Of a DNA stretch of 13,299 nt, positions 8,894 through 13,299 are shown one piece after another. Position 1 is the stretch's first letter. Every line of letters starts with the position of its first letter. This DNA is from an uncultured bacterium (GTDB lineage Bacteria; Hydrogenedentota; Hydrogenedentia; Hydrogenedentales; JAEUWI01). The notes beneath the pieces are model-generated. The model did not search any database. It saw nothing but the letters and a program-made list of their open reading frames with translations, and had not been told where the DNA came from. Location: positions 1 through 13,299 of the forward strand of contig CAXBPH010000196.1 of assembly GCA_963977445.1 (NCBI GenBank). Reading direction: 5' to 3'. A program made the translations under genes and the position numbers.

Positions 8894-9280
8894 ATGGAAA
8901 CCCTCCCAGAGAATACGGCGGTCATTGTCATCGATCACGGCTCCAAACGGGAGGCGGCAAACACCATGCTCTTCGACGTAATTGAACAATATAAGGCCGT
9001 TACCGGCGTGAAAGTCGTGGCCGCAGCCCATATGGAGCTGGCCGAACCCACCCTGGAAGATGCGGTGAAATTCTGCCTCTCTCAAGAGGTCAATCGCATT
9101 GTCGTCCACCCCTATTTCCTCGCGCCCGGTCGCCACAGCACGGGAGACATACCTGCCATGGTCGCCGAAATGGCCACGGCCTATCCCGAAGTGACCTTTC
9201 ATGTCTCCGAACCCCTGGGCGTGGCACCCGAGCTCGCCGAGATTATGCAGCGGAGAATCCTGGATGCATTGGGCGCGTAG
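8894..9280 (+). CDS. cbiX: Short CbiX/SirB-type sirohydrochlorin (cobalto/ferro)chelatase domain protein
   Basis: DHGSKR, AHMELAEPTL, VHPYFLAPGRHSTGDIP and SEPLG motifs; single domain, 128 aa; AAGGAG upstream. Confidence 0.85.
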   Translation: METLPENTAVIVIDHGSKREAANTMLFDVIEQYKAVTGVKVVAAAHMELAEPTLEDAVKFCLSQEVNRIVVHPYFLAPGRHSTGDIPAMVAEMATAYPEVTFHVSEPLGVAPELAEIMQRRILDALGA

Positions 9281-9398
9281 TTCAACGACAAGTTGCGGGG
9301 CCGATGCAAATGTGCTACAAACATGAAGGTGTCGACGCGGATTGGACAGGGCAATTCGCGGATAGTGAACGGGGGCACATACGAGGAGAGTCGTTAGC

Positions 9399-10061
9399 GT
9401 GCCGATAGTACAAAGCCCGATCACGGTGGGAAATAATGCGCTCCTGAATATGATGGATGAGCGTTTTCTCGTAAAAATCGTGGGCATCGAGGGCGGCAAG
9501 ATATGGGTAACCTTTCCCGGTGCCTGCTATCCCCTCAACGGTATGGGCGGCCACCTCGAATTCCACCGACCAGATGGCGTGCTCGCCTATAATGTGCAGG
9601 TCTTGCGCTATGCCGACGGTAAGGACACCGGGATTATCCTGGAGCGGAGCGAAAGCGCCGAACACCGCACCCACCGCACCACCTGGCGTGTACCTACCGA
9701 TATCTCTGTCGTCGTCCAGACGGAAAATGACCAGCGCTTTACGGCCATCATGGAAAACCTGAGTGCGGAAGGTGCCCTGCTGCGCGCACACCCCTTGCTG
9801 GGCCTGCGCACCCCCCTGCGACTCAACTTTGCGCTGGACAAGGAACACGGCAACCAAGTCGTGGATGGGCGCATCTGCTACGCCCAGGAAGCCGATGGTC
9901 TGGCAAACCCACCCATACAGCACTATGGCGTCCGCTTTTATGAAATGAGCCCCGCCACACGACGACTCCTGACGCTTTTTTTATACCATCATGTCCGAAA
10001 ACTCTATCCCAGGGACGTGGCCGCCATGTATCCGCGGGTACGACGGCGAAAACAATCCTGA
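9399..10061 (+). CDS. PilZ domain protein (putative c-di-GMP receptor, possible YcgR-like N-terminal domain)
   Basis: RxxxR (HRTTWRV) and NxSxxG (NLSAEG) motifs, C-terminal YGVRF; GAGGAG before the GTG start. Confidence 0.85.
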   Translation: MPIVQSPITVGNNALLNMMDERFLVKIVGIEGGKIWVTFPGACYPLNGMGGHLEFHRPDGVLAYNVQVLRYADGKDTGIILERSESAEHRTHRTTWRVPTDISVVVQTENDQRFTAIMENLSAEGALLRAHPLLGLRTPLRLNFALDKEHGNQVVDGRICYAQEADGLANPPIQHYGVRFYEMSPATRRLLTLFLYHHVRKLYPRDVAAMYPRVRRRKQS

Positions 10062-10082
10062 CCTCAAGCTGCACCGTCGCCA

Positions 10083-10107
10083 TGATATAATAGAGATATC
10101 AAGGAGG
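10083..10107 (+). promoter_or_regulatory. Extended -10 promoter and RBS of the lipoprotein gene
   Basis: Perfect TG-a-TATAAT at 10083-10091; AAGGAGG at 10101-10107; ATG at 10117. Confidence 0.65.
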
Positions 10108-10116
10108 TTCTACACC

Positions 10117-10860
10117 ATGAGAATGTTAACCATTGCTTTACTCGCCCTCGGGCTCTCCGGCTGTCTGGCCGATGTCCTCGTTTCGACGGCCGTTCAGGGT
10201 GAATTACAGGCCAAACAAGCATCGGCCGCCCAGCAAACCCTCAATAAAGTTACCAACGACACGGGTATGATGAATCTGCAACGGGCGGTGGATGCCTACG
10301 CCGCAGAGCAGGGTGTTAATCCCAAGTCCCTCGATGTTCTCATCCCCGGCATACTGCCTGAAATTCCCAAGCGGGCCGACGGTGGCGATTTCGGCTATAA
10401 CCCCGTTACGGGAAAAGTACTCAAGACCGATGAGGGCCCCAGCGCGGCAGACTTCCTGCTGATGGAAGACATCACGACGGCCATCAACGCCTATGGTACC
10501 GCGTCGGGCTATTACCCCCCCACGCTCGATGCCCTTTCCCAGGCAGGCTATCTGTCTCAGCTTCCCCGGACGGAGGGGGGATTGGAGTTTGGATATGACC
10601 AGCAGACGGGGGTATTTACCCACCCCCTCGATGGCCATGTCGTGTCGGCCCAACGGCCTGCTCCCGCTGCCGGCGGTGGTGGTGGCGGTGGCGGTCCCAT
10701 GGGAGAAGCCATGACGGGCATCGCCATGCAGGAACAACTCAACAGCAACAGCAACGCCGGTGTCAGCAGCGCACGTGGCAACGGTGCCTCCGGCATCAGT
10801 CGCGCCACCAACACCCAGAACCAACAGCAGGAAGAAGCCCTGAAGGATTTGGGCTTCTAG
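10117..10860 (+). CDS. Hypothetical lipoprotein with two tandem GspG/pilin-head-like domains and a Gly/Ser/Gln-rich tail
   Basis: MRMLTIALLALGLSGC lipobox; strong RBS; internal duplication AVDAY..G..PKSLDVL..LPEIP..GGDFGYNPVTG versus AINAY..GYYPPTLDAL..LSQLP..GGLEFGYDQQTG. Confidence 0.8.
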   Translation: MRMLTIALLALGLSGCLADVLVSTAVQGELQAKQASAAQQTLNKVTNDTGMMNLQRAVDAYAAEQGVNPKSLDVLIPGILPEIPKRADGGDFGYNPVTGKVLKTDEGPSAADFLLMEDITTAINAYGTASGYYPPTLDALSQAGYLSQLPRTEGGLEFGYDQQTGVFTHPLDGHVVSAQRPAPAAGGGGGGGGPMGEAMTGIAMQEQLNSNSNAGVSSARGNGASGISRATNTQNQQQEEALKDLGF

Positions 10861-10927
10861 ATAGGCGAAGATTCATCTCAGACAATTTCCAAGTCATTCG
10901 GTTTCCAGCCTTCCGAATTGGCGCTAT

Positions 10928-11239
10928 GGAGCGCAGGCGGCCCGCCGGCATTACGTCGCAGACGTAAAAATAACGAGTTGGATTTGATCGAGGTCTATCT
11001 TCACCTATTTAACGCCGATAACAGACTTCCGTTATCGTGATTCACGGGCAAGTCCTGCGGACTTGTCCGTGCCACCTTCACGTGGGCCTTCCTTACCCGA
11101 GCTCCGTCCGGGCAAGATCCTCGTCATCCCGCCAGGACACCACGTCCACCGCCTCCCCCAACGTTTCGCGCCAAGAAGTGCAATGCCCCGCCCCAATCTA
11201 ACAAGTGCAGCAACGCACTTGGTTGCCATAGATTGCACG
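10928..11239. repeat. 312-bp direct repeat, copy 1
   Basis: Matches 11357-11668 (offset 429); the only difference I could see is T10978 versus C11407. Confidence 0.95.
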
Positions 11240-11431
11240 AAGATAGACCTCGAGCAAATCCAGTTTATTCGTTTGGGCAGCGCACGCGAACGCCTGCGAA
11301 AAAGCCAACCTACCGGCAGCTTGACCACTATCGCCTGAAGCAGTATTGGACAATTGGGAGCGCAGGCGGCCCGCCGGCATTACGTCGCAGACGTAAAAAT
11401 AACGAGCTGGATTTGATCGAGGTCTATCTTC
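11239..11431. mobile_element. Putative 193-bp MITE-like element bounded by 25-bp inverted repeats
   Basis: GAAGATAGACCTCGAGCAAATCCAG (11239-11263) and CTGGATTTGATCGAGGTCTATCTTC (11407-11431) are 24/25 complementary. A third copy lies at 10978-11002. No transposase in the window. Confidence 0.45.
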
Positions 11432-11668
11432 ACCTATTTAACGCCGATAACAGACTTCCGTTATCGTGATTCACGGGCAAGTCCTGCGGACTTGTCCGTG
11501 CCACCTTCACGTGGGCCTTCCTTACCCGAGCTCCGTCCGGGCAAGATCCTCGTCATCCCGCCAGGACACCACGTCCACCGCCTCCCCCAACGTTTCGCGC
11601 CAAGAAGTGCAATGCCCCGCCCCAATCTAACAAGTGCAGCAACGCACTTGGTTGCCATAGATTGCACG
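11357..11668. repeat. 312-bp direct repeat, copy 2; ends 12 nt before the RBS of the next gene
   Basis: Matches 10928-11239. Confidence 0.95.
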
Positions 11669-11694
11669 CGGCGAAACAAAAAGGAGACGACACC

Positions 11695-12381
11695 ATGCCC
11701 CCTACCCTCGGAACCCACCCCCATTACCTCGAAGAACTACGCCTCGGTGGCGGCTACGACAGCGAACCCGACGGCGGCGCGGACATCGATGGAGCGGGCA
11801 ACGTAGCAACCAACGGTGACCTTGCGGCAGACGGGGATGGAACCATCGGCGGCGACCTCAACGTCGGCGGCGATTTCACCCTGGACGGCCTCGACACCAA
11901 CTGGCGGGTCTACCTCCCCGCGAACCTCGGCATTCCGGACCCCTCCCTGCCTTGCGGCGCGCTGGCGGCAAGCAACTGGCGTAATTTCCAGGTAGTCACC
12001 CCCAGTCTCGCCTTCGACCCCGACAGCCCCCAGGCCGCCTTCTTCCAGTTCCGCCTGCCCAAAGGCTACGACGGACGCCCCCTGAATTTCACCCTCGAAT
12101 GGAGCGCCACCGCTGGAACCACCGGGGATGTAAGATGGGGAGTAAATCCACTCCAATTTGACGACGGTTCATCATTGATAGAAACAGGCACGCTGTATTT
12201 CGTCAATGACACCCTGATAGGATTGAACTACTTGCATGAGGCATCAGCATTGATCGATGCCCTTATTTCCGAGAGTGGTGAATTCGTTACCATTCGAATC
12301 ATTAGAGATGGCTCCAACGTATTGGACACATTTGATGATTCAGCTCAATTAATCGGCATCCAAATCGAACTGGGATCATAG
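11695..12381 (+). CDS. Hypothetical protein, possible phage tail-fibre/spike-like (hexapeptide GDxxxx beta repeats plus beta-rich C-terminal domain)
   Basis: AAGGAG RBS at 11681-11686 and ATG at 11695. Six-residue periodicity GNVATN/GDLAAD/GDGTIG/GDLNVG/GDFTLD. No signal peptide. Product assignment is inference. Confidence 0.7.
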   Translation: MPPTLGTHPHYLEELRLGGGYDSEPDGGADIDGAGNVATNGDLAADGDGTIGGDLNVGGDFTLDGLDTNWRVYLPANLGIPDPSLPCGALAASNWRNFQVVTPSLAFDPDSPQAAFFQFRLPKGYDGRPLNFTLEWSATAGTTGDVRWGVNPLQFDDGSSLIETGTLYFVNDTLIGLNYLHEASALIDALISESGEFVTIRIIRDGSNVLDTFDDSAQLIGIQIELGS

Positions 12382-12405
12382 ATACCTGTTAGCTTATTCG
12401 CTTAA

Positions 12406-13041
12406 ATGGTAGAACTGACGATACTAACATTGAATCTATTTACAAAACTTCATTCTCATAAGCTGGGTCAATTTCGCCTGACATCACTAATTCGCCAAAT
12501 CGCGGAGATTATACCGTCAAAAGCGTCTGTCTTGGATGTCGGATGTGGAAATGGAAAGCTTGCCGCTGGAATCGGTAGCCTAAGAAGCGATTTACGCTTT
12601 GAAGGCATCGATCTTGTTTCTGTCCCGGGAGCGGCAATTCCCATTCATTACTACGATGGCCATACAATCCCATTCCCCGACAATTCGTGGGATGTATGTA
12701 TGGCAAATGATGTTCTACATCATTGCGACAACCCTATCGCTATACTCGCAGAAATGTGTCGGGTTTCAAAGTCTGCGATACTTTTAAAGGACCATATCGC
12801 CGACAACTGGGCCGATAGAGAATTACTGAAGCTCATGGACTGGTTTGGGAACGTCGGTTACGGAACCCCGCTACCATACAACTATTTTTCGTCCGATGAG
12901 TGGCGTGCTTCTTTCAGTGATTTGGGGATGGCTCCTTCGCAGTATCTCACCGAGCTCCATCTCTACCCGCCGCAATTTCTAGGCGTTCTCGACCGCAAGA
13001 TGCATTTTCTTACGCTCTTAGAGTTTTCTAAAGATACTTAA
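12406..13041 (+). CDS. Class I SAM-dependent methyltransferase (Methyltransf_11-like)
   Basis: Motif I VLDVGCGNG, YDGHTIPFPDNSWDV and DVLHH. Low GC. Start uncertain (no clear RBS; alternative TTG at 12430). Confidence 0.88.
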   Translation: MVELTILTLNLFTKLHSHKLGQFRLTSLIRQIAEIIPSKASVLDVGCGNGKLAAGIGSLRSDLRFEGIDLVSVPGAAIPIHYYDGHTIPFPDNSWDVCMANDVLHHCDNPIAILAEMCRVSKSAILLKDHIADNWADRELLKLMDWFGNVGYGTPLPYNYFSSDEWRASFSDLGMAPSQYLTELHLYPPQFLGVLDRKMHFLTLLEFSKDT

Positions 13042-13299
13042 TCGGGGACTGCCTCACCACAGCATGTCGGTAGCGCCGAAGTCTATCCGTCCGGGCGTAT
13101 CACTGTGCCCACCTGCATCCACTGCGCTGACCGGTCGTCGTTGCTGGATTCACGCCCCCACGTTTACCTGCAACCTCCGGCCCGAGACAGTCCCCGTATC
13201 GGGGACTGCCTCACCACAGCATGTCGGTAGCGCCGGTGTCTATCCGTCCGGGCGTATCACTATGTCCACCCGCAAAACGATGACCGGTGTGGCTGTCCC
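13041..13299. repeat. REP/MITE-like tandem repeat (157-bp period) with GGGGACTG/CAGTCCCC palindromic ends
   Basis: 13041-13117 matches 13198-13274 with about 5 mismatches. The junction 13184-13212, GAGACAGTCCCCG-TAT-CGGGGACTGCCTC, is a 12/13-bp hairpin. The window ends in GGCTGTCCC. Confidence 0.8.

Noticed and set aside
9991..10116. N-terminal extension of the lipoprotein ORF in the ORF track
   Set aside because: It overlaps the PilZ gene; the promoter, RBS and lipoprotein signal all support ATG 10117.
10928..11668. Diversity-generating retroelement TR/VR pair or CRISPR array
   Set aside because: The copies differ at a single T/C site rather than at many adenines, neither copy lies in a credible target ORF, no reverse transcriptase or cas gene is present, and there is no short repeat-spacer periodicity.
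11640..11668. Sigma-54 promoter (TGG...TTGCA) upstream of 11695
   Set aside because: The GG-to-GC spacing is 12 nt on the plus strand and 9 nt on the minus strand, not the required 10.
11032..11806. Small ORFs within the duplicated region, including the similar peptides NELDLIEVYL and NKLDLLEVYL on opposite strands
   Set aside because: The similarity is explained by the DNA direct and inverted repeats; no RBS or protein-like features. A transposase 3' remnant cannot be fully excluded.
13041..13299. Integron attC site after the methyltransferase
   Set aside because: No properly placed RYYYAAC...GTTRRRY core pair; the ends are GGGGACTG/CAGTCCCC palindromes.

Overview
GC-rich bacterial window. 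The gene families suggest a PVC-like or Ca. Hydrogenedentes-like organism (inference only). The minus strand (323-8640) carries a co-directional cluster of four exported proteins: a Tat-signal Gfo/Idh/MocA oxidoreductase; a secreted di-heme planctomycete-type cytochrome c fused to leucine-rich repeats and six copies of an unusual CC-x9-C-x-H-x-CC-x9-C-x2-C module (42 Cys + 6 His); a PSCyt1/DUF1549/DUF1553 (PSD1) cytochrome c; and a Tat-signal DUF1501 protein. The plus strand carries a short CbiX/SirB chelatase, a PilZ protein and a lipoprotein with two pseudopilin-head-like domains. An ~830-bp non-coding region follows, with a 312-bp near-perfect direct duplication, three copies of a 25-bp motif in alternating orientation and several hairpins. 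After it come a tail-fibre-like orphan gene whose GC drops from ~67% to ~44% mid-gene, a low-GC SAM methyltransferase and REP/MITE-like repeats. The best novelty candidates are the Cys/His metal-binding-like repeat tail on the cytochrome and the repeat-flanked mosaic cassette at 10.9-13.3 kb.
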